A stretch of 56,230 nt of DNA from Octopus sinensis (lineage: Eukaryota). Position numbers and translations under genes: made by a program. The DNA lies in contig NW_021832962.1 in assembly GCF_006345805.1 (NCBI RefSeq), positions 1-56,230 on the forward strand, read 5' to 3'. This document shows positions 12,626-25,282 of the stretch, one piece after another. The first letter of the stretch is position 1. Each line of letters starts with the position of its first letter. Under the pieces are notes generated by a model. It was not told the DNA's origin. It made no database searches and was given only the letters and a program-made list of their open reading frames with translations.

Positions 12626-13330
12626 ACACTTGGAGATGGCTAAGAAAAAGTGATCTGAAAGGAGGCACTGAGGCACTGAGGTACTGATTTGTAGCGTCCT
12701 GGAACAAGCTCTGAGAACTAATTACACTAAGGTCCAGATAGATAAGAGCAACGGTTCGCCCCTTTCTAGGATGTGTTGCAGCAAAGACGAAACAATTTCA
12801 CATATTATGAGTGAGTGTAGCAACCTTGCTCAAAAGCACTACAAAAAGAGGCACGATAACGTGGCTAAGTTCGCACTGTGGAGGCTATGTGAAAAATACG
12901 GCCTGGACAGAGAACGGAAATGGTAGGAACATGAACTAGGAGTTACCGAGAACAAGGAATATAAGAGACACTGTGAGATTTTACAGTCTAATGTAACTCT
13001 CTAATCGATACTCGGAGACCAGATTTTGCTTTGGTAGATAAATGAAAAAAGAAAGCCAAGATTTAAAATATTGCAATACCTAAGGATGCACACAAAAATT
13101 ACAAAGAACTAGAAAAGATGGAATAGTGAAAGACTAGTGAAAGACGAAATTGCAAGAATGTGGACTATGAGGAGAGTGTCTATCATTCCAGTAGTTGTAG
13201 GGGCACTCAGGGGCACTAAAAACCAAGTTCGAGAGATATGCCAAAGAAAATGGAATTCACATGAGAGCAGAGCAAGCTCCCGAAACTGCCCTGCTAGGAA
13301 CAGCTGAGATTTTAAGATTGGTACTTGGAT

Positions 13331-13478
13331 ATTATTTACATTATTTACATTTAACGGATATTTGTCCTCATCTTGTTTGTCGTTGACACAGCGTTTCGGC
13401 TGAGTATACCCTCCAGCCTTAATCAAGTGTCTTGGAGAACATTCGAACCTGGGTTCTCATTCGTAAGGTATTTTTCGA

Positions 13479-13540
<62 letters not shown>

Positions 13541-13868
13541 TATATTGTTATTATTGGCTATTATTATTATCTTATTATTATTATTATTATTATTTTATTA
13601 TTAATTATTATTATTATTATTATTATTGATTATTATTATTATTTCAGGTCACTGCCTAGAATCGAATCGGAATATTGAGGTTGTAGCCCCTGCTCTTAAC
13701 CACTACGCCATATGCCCAGATTCGAAATTTCCCCAAGTCACCTGATGAAGGCTGGAGGGTATATCAACCGAAACGTTGTGTTGACAACAAGCAGGATGAG
13801 GACAAATATCCGTCAAATGTAAATAATGTAAATAATGTACATGATTCCTCCTCTCTTAAATATAGAAC
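13331..13868 (-). mobile_element. tRNA-headed, hammerhead-bearing element with an inverted partial copy
   Basis: On -: tRNA-like head 13717-13645, an (AAT)n tract, a hammerhead-like region 13431-13385, then a tail. An inverted copy lies on + at 13715-13868. The flanks are duplicated: TGGTACTTGGAT (13319-13330) and TGGTCCTTGGAT (13869-13880). Confidence 0.82.
13737..13782 (+). ncRNA. Minimal type I hammerhead ribozyme motif
   Basis: GTCAC-CTGATGA-AGGCTG..CAACC-GAAAC-GTT-GTGTT. The core boxes are intact, stem III is the palindrome AACGTT and stem I is CAC/GTG. The inverted copy has perfect stems GACAC/GTGTC and GGCTG/CAGCC. Confidence 0.8.
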
Positions 13869-14049
13869 TGGTCCTTGGATGTTGAATGTCTTCCACGATA
13901 ATTAACAACCAAGTATCAAAGCTTATAAGGTGCAGAAAGAGACCCCGTGAGACCTCTGACACCAGGCTGCAGTCTCTTCAAACAGAATATACCAGAGTCA
14001 ACAAGGCCGAGTGCTCTGAGAAGTAAAACAATAGTAACAATAATAATGA

Positions 14050-14250
14050 CTAGCAGGACCCGTGAATATTTCACGGAATTAATGGTAAATCTGTCGGGTT
14101 ATTTCTGAAAACTTTATCCCAAAATCCTGAAAGTGTAGCCTTTGTTGTGTCTGTATGAACAGATAATCGTTCATCTGCTAATCATTGAAAACTGAAAAGA
14201 ACTGGAATACGATGATTACTTGATGCACGTTATATATACACTTTTTATAT
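14050..14250 (+). mobile_element. Possible non-autonomous Helitron/Helentron-type element
   Basis: Begins ACTAGCAGGAC followed by the hairpin CCGTGAA..TTCACGG, which resembles HINE/Lep1-type termini. The 3' end is uncertain. Confidence 0.35.
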
Positions 14251-14324
14251 ACTTTATGCAGTTTTTAGAGACTTAATACACAGCACTCATAAAATAAATA
14301 TTCACTCTTGCCCCCCCACCACCA

Positions 14325-14520
14325 CCACCAACATTGCTTCACAACCGATGCTGGTATGTTTACGTCGCCCGTAACTTAGCAGTTCGGCAAAAGGGTCCGA
14401 TAGAATAAGTACTAGGCTTACAAAGAGTAAGTCCTGAGGTCGATTTGCTCAACTAAAGGCGGTGCTCCAGCATGGCCACAGTCAAATGACTGAAGCAAGT
14501 AAAAGTGAGTAAAGAGTAAC
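14325..14520 (+). mobile_element. SINE family A, 3' fragment
   Basis: Matches the tail of 21057-21472. Confidence 0.85.
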
Positions 14521-14524
14521 CTCG

Positions 14525-15528
14525 TTAACAACAACAACAACAACACCGTTACAGACAAAACAACACTAAAACTAACAGTATTAATAGAGTCAGTAACAAC
14601 AACTGCTGCTACTACTACTACTGCTACTGCCACTACAACTACTATTTCTACTACTACTATAACTACTACTACTACTACTACTTCTACTACTACTTCTACT
14701 ACTACTAAAACTATTATTACTATGACTACACCTTCCAAATAAGCAACAAAACCTACTACTACTACTACTACTAAAACAACTAGAACAACAACAACAACAA
14801 CAACAACAAAAACAACAGTAGTGACAACACCAAGACTAACAACTACTACTATTTCAAAATCAACAAAAACAGCAAGACGAACAACAAAAATAAGAGGAGC
14901 TGCAAGAATTACTATTACTACTTCTACTAATACCATAAACCAACAACAACAACAACAACTGCAACAGCAGCAACAACAGCAACAACACAAGAAAGACAAC
15001 AGCAACAACGAGAACAGCAGCAGCAACAGCAGAAACAACAACAACAACAACAGGAACAACGAGAGCAGCAGCAACCATAACAACAACAACAGGAACAACG
15101 AGAGCAGCAGCAACCATAACAACAACAACAGCAACAGCAACAACAGTAACAACAACAGCAGCAACAACAACAAGAACAACAGGAACAACGAGAGCAGCAG
15201 CAACCATAACAGCAACAAGAACAACAACAACAGGAACAACGAGAGCAGCAGCAACAACAGTAACAACAACAGCAGCAACAGCAGAAACAACACAACAGGA
15301 ACACGAGAGCAGCAGCAGCAACAGCAGAAACAACAACAACAACAGCAGCAACAACACAAACATCTGCAGCAATAGCAACAACAACAACAACAAGCTAATG
15401 TAGTCGAGATTTTTTTCTTTCTTTTTCGAGAAGAAAACAAAATGGAAGTCTTGAATGGCAAATTTCCATGTTATAAAGCATTCTTTGAATAGAGAGAATA
15501 ATAACAGTGGCGGGAAGGTTAAATTGGA

Positions 15529-15565
<37 letters not shown>

Positions 15566-15567
15566 TT

Positions 15568-15601
<34 letters not shown>

Positions 15602-16053
15602 GTGAAATAGTGAGGAAAGTATGAAGGTGGCGGCCAAGGTGAAGGTGGAGAAGTGTTAATTCGCTAACAATGGCGGCCATTAGATTAAAATGGTAAATAA
15701 TCAAATGAATACATAAGAATGGCTATGGCAGCAGCAGCAGCAGCAGCAGCAGCGTCGGCGGCGGTGACGGTGGTGACGGCGGCGGCGATTGTGATGGCGG
15801 CGGCGATTGCGATGGTGGCGGCGACGGCGGCGGCGATGGCGTTGGTCGCGGAGGCAATGGCGGTGTTGGTGACAGTGGTGATGGTAGGATAATGATGGTA
15901 AGATGGTGATGGCGCTGGCAACGGTGGCAGCGTTGGCGGTGGTGCCGGCGGTGGTGCCGGCGGTGGTGCCGGCGGTGGTGCCGGCGGTGGTGCCGGCGGT
16001 GGTGGTGGGGTCGATGGCGGCCATGTGATAACGGCGGCCATGTGATAACAGCG

Positions 16054-16112
<59 letters not shown>

Positions 16113-16113
16113 C

Positions 16114-16163
<50 letters not shown>

Positions 16164-16215
16164 GGTGGTGGTGGTGGTGGTGGTAGTAGTAGTAGTAGTA
16201 GTGGTAGTATGAGGA
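14525..16215. repeat. (CAA/CAG/CTA)n and (GTA/GGC)n fields with higher-order units
   Basis: The motif AACAGGAACAACGAGAGCAGCAGCAAC recurs at 15048-15256, and the 12-mer GGCGGTGGTGCC occurs 5 times at about 15935-15995. Confidence 0.9.
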
Positions 16216-16461
16216 GGAGGAGTAAAAGCGGCAGATAAAAGAGAAGGGAAAGAGTGGAGTACGTAATTAAGAAGGACAGATTAATATAGCCAGAAAGAAG
16301 AATTGCAGTTCAGCGAAGATGAAAGCGGTCACTGCGGAAGGGAAAAGAAGATCATGAGCTGACTACCAGAGAGCCTTTTTACTGAATTCATTATACAAAG
16401 GTGGTAAGGGAAAATGAGCGATATATAAAGTCACATCAATAATAACCAGATACATTATATA

Positions 16462-17050
16462 TACGAGGAGTGGGGATCTGAAAATTTCCTGGCTTTAAAA
16501 GTGTCACGAAGAGGTCTGGCTGGAGGCCCAAACTTCTGAGTTGTTTTACAGGGTTCAGAAAAGCTGAAGAACCGCTGCAATAAGTGTGATTCTGAGATGA
16601 GGATATGTTGAGTAAAATGATAATTAACTTATAGGCGTAGGAGTGGCTGTGTGGTAAGTAGCTTGCTTACCAACCACATAGTCCCTGGTTTCAGCTCCAC
16701 TGCATGGCACCTTGGGCAGGTGTCTTCTACTAAAGCCTTGTGAGTGGATTTGGTAGACGGAAACTGAAAGAAGCCCGTCGTATATATGTATATATATATG
16801 TACGTGTGTGTATATGTTTGTGTGTATATGTTTGTGTGTCTGTGTTTGTCCCCTCAACATCGCTTGACAACCGATGCTGCGATAGAATAAGTACTAGGTT
16901 TACAAAGAATAAGTCCTGGGGTCGATTTTCTCGACTAAAGGCAGTGCTCCAGCATGGTCACTGTCAAATGACTGAAACAAGTAAAAGAGTAACTGATCCT
17001 CCTCCGTTTTCTTTTACCCAAATCCAGCAGCTTTTCAGCATCCCCTCGGA
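16462..17050 (+). mobile_element. Mariner-derived MITE (deletion derivative) interrupted by SINE A
   Basis: Degenerate TIRs TACGAGG..CTGAAAATTTCCTGGCTTT and AAATCCAGCAGCTTTTCAGCATCCCCTCG. The internal EKLKNRCNKC...GYVE* resembles the mariner transposase C-terminus. Confidence 0.7.
16634..16992 (+). mobile_element. SINE family A with two internal deletions
   Basis: Head and tail match 21057-21472. Confidence 0.9.
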
Positions 17051-17669
17051 AATCGCAGGAAAATGCTAAATAATTCTGCAGATTACGACGAAAGAGAGAA
17101 TGATAAAAAAAAAACACCGTAATTTCTACCTAACTTCTTTACCCTCCGTCCGTTTTCCTTTCTTCTAAGTGAATGAGATGGAGCTGCTTTGACGAATGTC
17201 TTCCTGTTGATTTAATCTTCGCCATTTTAACTGTTATGTTGAATGACACTCATTACTTCCGATGGATGAGACTGGAGTAAGAAGTTTCCGGATGTTTTAC
17301 TTAGCACCTACGATTTTGGTTTTGTGTCTTTCGTTTAAAGAAGACACATATTGTACCTCTCTCACTAAAGGGAGTATCACTCAACGTATCTACGAAGCGT
17401 ATTTATAATTTATAATCTTTTTGCAGATGGAAAAAGATTTCCTATGGCGCTGGCAAAGCAGCTACCAGCCACCTTTGACGCTCCTCTGTGACCGCTCGTA
17501 GAAGTTTATCTCCTGTCTTGTGAACAAAATGCGGCTTGGCTTTTGTTCTTTCGGGAAAATACTTCATATCTAGGGTTTTCTTTTTCGAAAGTACACTTCT
17601 GATTGATGATTCACTTTTTTTTTTATTATTGTTCAACATATTTAGGTTTGACAAAGTACCTGCATGTCT

Positions 17670-18012
17670 TAAGAGTAAAGACCCCGCTTCGGTCATGAAT
17701 AACCACGTGATTGCAACTAGAAAGATCCCCTCCGAGGTATAAATCCGAGCATGGTTGCTTAAGGAAGACCAGCAGTCGCCCATGCATACCAGCCTCCCTT
17801 CTTCGCCCCACCAATGTCATCCAAGAGAAAGGCAAAGGCCGATACAGCTTGGCGCCAGTGACATCGCAGCTCATTTCTACAGCTGAGTGAACTGGAGCAA
17901 CATGAAGTAAAGTGTCTTGCTTTAGAACACAACACACACCCCGGGCTGGGAATTGAACTCACTACCTCATGATTGTGGACCCGACGCTCTAACCACTGAG
18001 CCATGCGCCTCA
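17670..18012 (-). mobile_element. SINE family C (tRNA head plus CORE-like domain)
   Basis: On -, GGCGCATGGCTCAGTGGTTAGAGCG...GAGTTCAATTCC gives A and B boxes, then GCAAGACACTTTACTTCATGTTGCTCCAGTTCACTCAGCTG. A second copy lies at 21515-21755. Confidence 0.85.
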
Positions 18013-18705
18013 CTTGCATGTCTACTGTGGTTATTAATATATGTAATATGTAAAAGACACTTGACTAATGTGCTGTGGTGTGGGATCTCACCCAAAACCG
18101 CGAGATTACAAAGCTAACTTCTTAAGCACATGATTAGGCATGCGCCGATTTGTTTACGTTTCTTTCTTCTTTTTCTTTCTCACTTTTTTAATTTTCGGAG
18201 GAGGCAGCAACAGTTTTGCTTTGGTCAATGTAATTTTTGTGGAGGGTGGTCCTTGCAACAGAAATCATTTTAGCCTTGCAATCAGACGCGAAATTAAAAA
18301 CAATTTTCTATTGAAAAAAGAAATGTAGCGGGGGGAGGAGATTAATTTTGTTGGTCTAACCGCAGCATAGCGGCGGCGGCGGCGGCGGCGGTGGTGGTGA
18401 TGGTGGTGGGGTAGAGTGTTTGAAATAGCCAATAATGGATTCAATTTTAGATAATGTCTAAACTAAAATGAAATAAAATAAAGAAAAATAATTCCTTCAG
18501 TTACAATTAGAGAGCGTTAACAACTGACGGCGCAACATTCTAACACGTCTGAACGATGTCAGCTCTGAATAGTAAGGAGTTGGGTACGGAGAGGAAAGAG
18601 GGAAAGAGGAAGGGAGTATGGGGGCGGGCAGGAGGGGGCAGGAGAAGCAGGAGGAGAAGCAGGAGGAAGAGGAGGAGCATGAGGAATAGGGAAAGGATAA
18701 TAGCA

Positions 18706-18817
<112 letters not shown>

Positions 18818-19119
18818 CAACAACAACAATAATAATAATTGTCATTATATTATTATTTGTGTTGGAAAGACTAGATTTATGCTTGTTTTTTTTTTCCTCT
18901 ATTTTATTGAGAAACACTGTTCCAATCTCTTTATGATATATAAAACCCCAAAACATCGGATATAATAAAATTATTTCCCTTTAAAACCTGATACAATAGT
19001 TTACGGTTTTACTTACTTATCTACCAGCACACACATATATATACAGACACATATCCAAATACACGCACGAGCACATATGTATATAAATATGCATGGATTT
19101 ATATGTATGTATACAAACG

Positions 19120-19155
<36 letters not shown>

Positions 19156-19156
19156 C

Positions 19157-19217
<61 letters not shown>

Positions 19218-19338
19218 GATATAAATATACACACAAATAACACGGATACATATATATGTACATATGCATGTGGTGTATACGTATATATTACTTCATACTT
19301 ACGGACATACATATATGCACAAATACATACGTATATAT

Positions 19339-19389
<51 letters not shown>

Positions 19390-19468
19390 CATTCATACAT
19401 ACATATATATATATATATGTACATATACATATATATAAGCGCATATATATATATATTGCATATATACA

Positions 19469-19499
<31 letters not shown>

Positions 19500-19717
19500 T
19501 GTATGTATGTATGTATAACTATGTATTTGAATATACATAAATATATATATGTACTCATATATTTACAATATATATACTTATTTATATACAAATATACGTA
19601 AATACACATATATATGTACACATATATATATGTATTTACAAATATATATATATATACATAAAGAAAATATATACACACAAATATAAATGTATACATATAT
19701 ATATATATATATATATA

Positions 19718-19754
<37 letters not shown>

Positions 19755-20147
19755 TATATATAGTACATCCCACACCTCTGCAGTCATAATATTGAGTCTT
19801 TGTAGGAATTATTTCCAATGACTATCGCAGGAATAGACATCCTGAAAGAAACGATAATCGAATTTTTTTTTGTTGAATAAAGTTTCAGTTATTAATGACG
19901 TTAGACTGAATTGTCTTCGCTACACGCACGCGTACACAAACACATACATACACACATCACACGTACATGCATACACACATACAATATGTATGTGTTATAA
20001 TATAATACATACATATATTATATATATATTCTATATATATATATATATATATATAATATTATATATTTATATAACTGTAATAAATATATCCATACATGCA
20101 TATTTATTTATATACGTAAATGTCATTACGTATATATATATATATAT

Positions 20148-20403
20148 GAGATCAAATTCCGCCGAGATTGACTTAGCCTTTCATCATTTTGGCATCGGTT
20201 AAATAAGTACCAGTTACGCACTGGGGTCCATATGATCGACTTAATCCATTTGTCTGACCTTGTTTGTCCCCTCTGTGTTTAGCCCCTTGTGGGTAGTAAA
20301 GAAATAGGTATTTCTTCTGTCTTTACGTTCTGAGTTCAAATTCCGCCGACGTTGACTTTGCCTCTCGTCCTTTTGGGTGTTGATAAACTAAGTACCAGTT
20401 GCG
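20148..20403 (+). mobile_element. SINE family B fragments, partial tandem
   Basis: Same core and tail, with the same GGTATTTC restart junction as 11508-11925. Confidence 0.85.
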
Positions 20404-20708
20404 CATGTCCTTCACTCGTTTTAGTCATTAGAAATTCTGGATCACAGCCTTAAACTGTTTAGTCGAACAAATTCCCTAAGCACTTATGTTTTTATTTTGT
20501 GTTGTTTTGTCGTTTTTTTTGGGGTGGGGGGTTTCGAAGTTTGTTACTTTTTGTGTCTATTGCTTTTGTCGAATCGTGAATCTCAGGGATGTAAGCAAGC
20601 CAACACCGGTTTCAGCTGCTTGGACTGACAAACACAACAACAAAAAGACGCATACATACAAACATGCACTCACACATACATGTGTGTATGTGTGTGTGGT
20701 GTGAGTTT

Positions 20709-20742
<34 letters not shown>

Positions 20743-20744
20743 TG

Positions 20745-20785
<41 letters not shown>

Positions 20786-21056
20786 TGTATATATATATAG
20801 TAATGCGTCGATATACAAGTTAATTTGTTCCCGGAGACTGCCCGTAAATCGAAACTCGTAAAACAGAGCAATGATTTCCCTATAGTAGCAATGTTATAAA
20901 TCGTAATTCGTTCGCAGAAAAATATTTTACCGATAAAATTTATAATACTTGTAAACTAAATGGCAATCACACAACAACAGAATGTAAAGAATATTTTATG
21001 TCAAGTAAAACAAATGTCAAGATCATCTATAATTAAAAAGATATTATTATTATATA

Positions 21057-21472
21057 GGCGCAGGAGTGGCTGTGTGGTAAGTAGCTTGTTTACCAACCAC
21101 ATGGTTCCGCGTTCAGTCCCACTGCGTGGCATCTTGGGCAAGTGTCTTCTACTATAGCCTCGGGCCAACCAATGCCTTGTGAGTGGATTTGGTAGACGGA
21201 AACTGAAAGAAGCCTGTTGTATATATATTATATAATATATATATATCATTATATATATATATACATGTATGTATGTGTGTGATGTGTTTGTCCCCGTAGC
21301 ATTGCTTGACAACCGATGCTGGTGTATTTACGTCCCCGTCACTTAGCGGTTCGGCAAAAGAGACCGATAGAATAAGTACTGGGCTTACAAAAGAATAAGT
21401 TCCGGGGTCGAGCTTGCTCGATTAAAGGCGGTGCTCCAGCATAGCCGCAGTCAAATGACTGAAACAAGTAAA
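21057..21472 (+). mobile_element. SINE family A, full length
   Basis: tRNA-like head (A-box-like TGGCTGTGTGG, B-box-like GTTCAGTCC), an internal (TA)/(TG) slot and the tail ...GACTGAAACAAGTAAA. At least 9 related copies or fragments occur in the window. Confidence 0.93.
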
Positions 21473-21514
21473 CAGTTATCGATTTCTGAATCACTTTCAC
21501 TGGAACTAGACTCA

Positions 21515-21755
21515 TGTGTTGAGTTCTTGAGCAAGACCTTTTATTTCACGTTGCTCCAGTTTGCTCAGCTGTATAAATGAGTTGCGACATCACAAGTGCC
21601 AAGCTGTATCAGCTGTTGCCTTTCCTTTGGATAACATCGGTGGTGTGGTGATGGGAGTCTAGTATGCATCGGCGACTGCTGGTCTTCCATAAACAACCTT
21701 GCCCGGACTTGGGCCTCGGAGGGTAACTTTCTAGGTGCATTCCCATCGTCATTCA
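21515..21755 (+). mobile_element. SINE family C, headless
   Basis: Reverse-complement match to about 17690-17935. Confidence 0.82.
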
Positions 21756-21774
21756 TACTTACTATACATTGCGA

Positions 21775-21965
21775 TGGATGGAAGCACTCCGTCGGTTACG
21801 ACGACGAGGGTTCCAGTTGATCCGAATCAACGGAGCAGCCTGCTCGTGAAATTAACGTGTAAGTGGCTGAGCACTCCACAGACACGTGTACCCTTAACGT
21901 AGTTCTCGGGGATATTCAGCGTGACACAGAGAGTGACAAGGCCGGCCCTTTTGAAATACAGGTAC
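21775..21965. mobile_element. Young interspersed repeat family E (SINE-like), fragment
   Basis: Nearly identical to 31772-31960. Confidence 0.85.
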
Positions 21966-22436
21966 ATTGCGATATTATTGTAGTTAAGGTCTTTGAAGGC
22001 TGTGTAATTTCAGAATGAATGTTTTCATAGCTTGGCGTTTCTTTAGGTTTGGATATTGAGTTGGCATTATTTTGCTTTGTCTTTCTATTAGTTTACCAGT
22101 TGTGTTCATAGACTTCACCAGTGTCTTATTAGACATCTCAACCAGAATCTTGTTAAATATTCACTGTTAAATATTCCAGCCAAAATTTTCGGATCTCATT
22201 TTTCTTGCGCCTTACTGTTCTATGTTCTCAAAAGAACATAAAATATTACTCACACATACATATATAAATTAGGTCATATGTAAACAAACAGTTTGTTTTT
22301 GAAGCTCTGAAATGTATTGTAGTACAAGTAGAAAATATTTTTCAACGCGTAAGTACTGATAGAACAGTAAATATAGGATAAAATCCTTACAGAGCAGAAA
22401 TTCTAAATTCTACATCGCAGAAGAATTTCTCAGTAA

Positions 22437-22540
22437 AGCAGTTTAGCTTGAATGGTAACACACTTTGATCGGAAATTGAAGAGATGTGAGTTCGAGTCTC
22501 ATAACTGGTTGCTGACAGATTTTTCTGCTCTGTAGGGATT
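22437..22540 (+). mobile_element. tRNA-like SINE head, same family as 4600-4710
   Basis: GCAGTTTAGCTTGAATGGT...GATGTGAGTTCGAGTCTCATAACTG, with a shared downstream ATTTTTCTGC...GTAGGG. Confidence 0.65.
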
Positions 22541-22546
22541 TTATAT

Positions 22547-23055
22547 TGAGATTCGCCAGAAGGGTACGGCAAACCCATAACATTACATGACATGTCGGAG
22601 ATTCGCCAGAGGGACAGACCCAACCATAACATTACATGACATGTCGGAGATTCGCCAGAGGGGCAGAACCTGCCATAACATCATATGACATGTCGGAGAT
22701 TCGCCAGAGGGGCAGACCCAACCATAACATTACATTACATGTCGGGGATTCGCCAGAGGGGCAGGGCCAATCCATAACATTACATGAACTGTCACAGATT
22801 CGCTAGAGGGGCAGACACAACCATAACATTACATGACATGTCGGAGATTCGTCAGAGGGGCAGGACCAATTCATAACATTACATGACATGTCGGGGTTTC
22901 GCCAGAGGGGCAGACCCAATCCATTACATTACATGACATGTCGGAGATACATGACATATCGTGGATTCGCCAAGGGACAGGGCCAATACATAACATTACA
23001 TGACATGCCGGGGATTCGACAGAGAAGTGTGCCAATCCAAACATTACATGACGAT
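22547..23055. repeat. Minisatellite with a unit of about 45-47 bp, about 11 copies
   Basis: Consensus GAGATTCGCCAGAGGGGCAGACCCAACCATAACATTACATGACATGTCG. Confidence 0.93.
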
Positions 23056-23790
23056 ATTCGTCTACCTGCATTACTGACTAAGTTCCTAAGAATAACTGGC
23101 GGATGATTTGATTGTTTGCTAATATAAGATAGCTTATCATTAGTCTTAAGCTAAGGTTTAATTTTATCCGACCATAAATCCAAATTTACATCTAAAAACT
23201 CTACACTTTTCCGGTTAGTATCTATCGTAACCCGTAAGCTCATCCTTTGGAAGAAAGCAATAAGATCCTTCCTAAGCTTATCTGATTCATGGCCTTTTAA
23301 ATTATGGGTGACTATAAGGCCGTCATCCTTATATAAACCTGCGTCTATAAACGAGAATTCTAGTTTTAGATTGTGTAGAATATAAGCTCCTATGAGCATA
23401 CATAACTCAGCCCCATCGTATGCCCCCATCGGTACATCGAAAAGAGAATCCTCACACTTCTTAATTCAGGTGGAATCCCCGTAAAAAAGAAGTGATTTCC
23501 TCGCATGTATGATAATATCTATTTCCGAGTTATCGATGTTGACATACTACTTGGCGAAGTCTAATGGTTTTAGGAGTAAAGGCCCAGATATTGACGGATA
23601 AAAGTCAATAATATCAAACTGCGTAAAATTGCAGTTATGCTTATAGTTAATCCCTTTAAACCTATCTATAACTGACTATTTTCCCAAATTCTCAAATCTA
23701 ATTCACTATCTAATTTAGTTAAAATACATCCAAGATATATTTGTTAATAATGCCTATTTCAGTTTTAGCCGGATTAATCAATCTACATGC
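23050..23790 (-). mobile_element. Penelope-like element reverse transcriptase fragment (pseudogenised)
   Basis: CRLINPAKTEIG, QFDIIDFYPSIS, FDVPMGAYDGAELC, GLYKDDGL (YxDD), VEFLDVNLDL and YISKQSNHPPVIL, with stops and frameshifts. Confidence 0.9.
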
Positions 23791-23792
23791 GA

Positions 23793-23896
23793 AAATAAAG
23801 TGTCTTGCTCAAGGACATTATGCACCGCCGGAAATCGAACCCACGATCTTACGATCGTCAGCCGAATACCTTAACCACTAAGCCACGCTCCTTCAC
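23793..23896 (-). mobile_element. tRNA-headed SINE 5' fragment, related to family C
   Basis: On -: GGAGCGTGGCTTAGTGGTTAAGG...GGTTCGATTTCC...CCTTGAGCAAGACACTTTAT. Confidence 0.8.
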
Positions 23897-24811
23897 GATG
23901 ACCTATGATCTGAACTCAATGTACGTATATTTCAGAATACAACGCTAGGCAAAATCATGGCTGACCCTGCAACCATGACGGCCATTGATTTTTGTCATGA
24001 AGAATCTTATATAGCTTATAGAAGTAACAAATCTACCAAAGTCACTCATTGCTTTATAAATGTTAAAGATGTTATCGACATTTCTGTGACATCAAGAAAT
24101 AAGTGAAGAAAAAGTGCGAAAATTTTCAACGTCGTTTGGGTGCAAAAATGTAATTTATAAGCTTAAAATGGACGTTCTGTTTTGATAAACATGCTGATCA
24201 TTCTTAGTTATTGTCTAAAGTAAATGCACATGAAAGGAACATAGATTTTTCATGTTAAAAAAGAACATTACTATTACTTACTAATATACTTTTCCTTCGG
24301 AAATATATGAAGGAACTAAAATTAAAAATGAAAAACAAAAAGATGTACGTTTGGAGAATTGTTCTTTTTCTTTTCTTTTCTTTTCTCTTTTGTTGTTATT
24401 TTCTTCTGGTTCAGTTCGAGTGCAATGTAAGACTCGTATAATAATTATTAAAACCCTGTGTTGCAACACATAAAGACTTGGATAATATTTATTTTTTGTT
24501 AATATTGGCGAATACATTTACAACAAGCGACCCGATAGCAGTATTTCTAAGAACAGGTTGTCAAATAAACTCGATACCCTTCTGGAAGTGAAAGAATAAT
24601 GTTCCCTTTATTAGATCAAACCTGCTGCAATTTGAAATAGCAATGTTGACAAGTATCGACCTATATTCAAGGTACCATCATATATATTTACATACAAAAT
24701 GTCAAAAGTACCATCTGTATTTTGCAGTAAAAGCCGAGACAACAGCTCCTATTACTGCATAATTAGCGTAAATTATTCATTTCTCTAGGGAAATTCAACA
24801 TTGCATTAAAG

Positions 24812-24969
24812 CAGGGACGAACTGAAAGTATTAAGAGCCCTCGGGCATAACTGTTTACTGGGCCCCTTCGAATATGTGTTTTAGTAGAGTTAGCATGTTG
24901 AGTGCGGGCCCCTCGCAGCTCCGAGCCCTCAGGCAGAGCCCGATTAACCGACGGCTCAGTCCGGCTCTG
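24812..24969. mobile_element. hAT-type MITE (158 bp)
   Basis: Imperfect TIRs CAGGGACGAACTGA and TCAGTCCGGCTCTG, a perfect 8-bp TSD CATTAAAG (24804-24811 and 24970-24977), and subterminal GGGCCC/GAGCCC motifs. Confidence 0.88.
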
Positions 24970-25039
24970 CATTAAAGTATAACTGTTGACTTGTTAATAT
25001 ATATGTGTGTGTGTATGTGTGTGTGTGTGTGTTTTCTTT

Positions 25040-25248
25040 TATTCTTTTACTTGTTTCAGTCATGTGACTGCGGCCATGCTGGAGCACCACCTTTAGTCGC
25101 GCAAATCGACCCCAGGACTTATTCTTCGTAAACTAGTACGTATTCTATCGGTCTCTTTTGCCGAACCGCTAGCTTACGGGCACGTAAACACACCAGCATC
25201 GGTTGTCAAGCGATGTTGGGAGGACAAACACAGACACACAAACACATG

Positions 25249-25282
<34 letters not shown>

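Larger units (their letters stand above)
11957..14048 (+). mobile_element. 5'-truncated R4/Dong-like RLE LINE interrupted by two insertions (12239-12625 and 13331-13868)
   Basis: Motifs RLCVPKNREGRG, EQALRTNY, RMCCSKDETISHIMSECSNLAQKHYKKRHDNVA, RRPD, IPVVVGAL and LLGTAEILRLVL. (AAT)n-like tracts flank both ends. Confidence 0.9.

Noticed and set aside
22547-23055. CRISPR-like array
   Set aside because: The units are tandem throughout with no unique spacers, the context is eukaryotic, and there are no cas genes.
23151-23429. Intact RT gene
   Set aside because: The 92-aa ORF is a piece of a PLE RT broken by stops and frameshifts on both sides.
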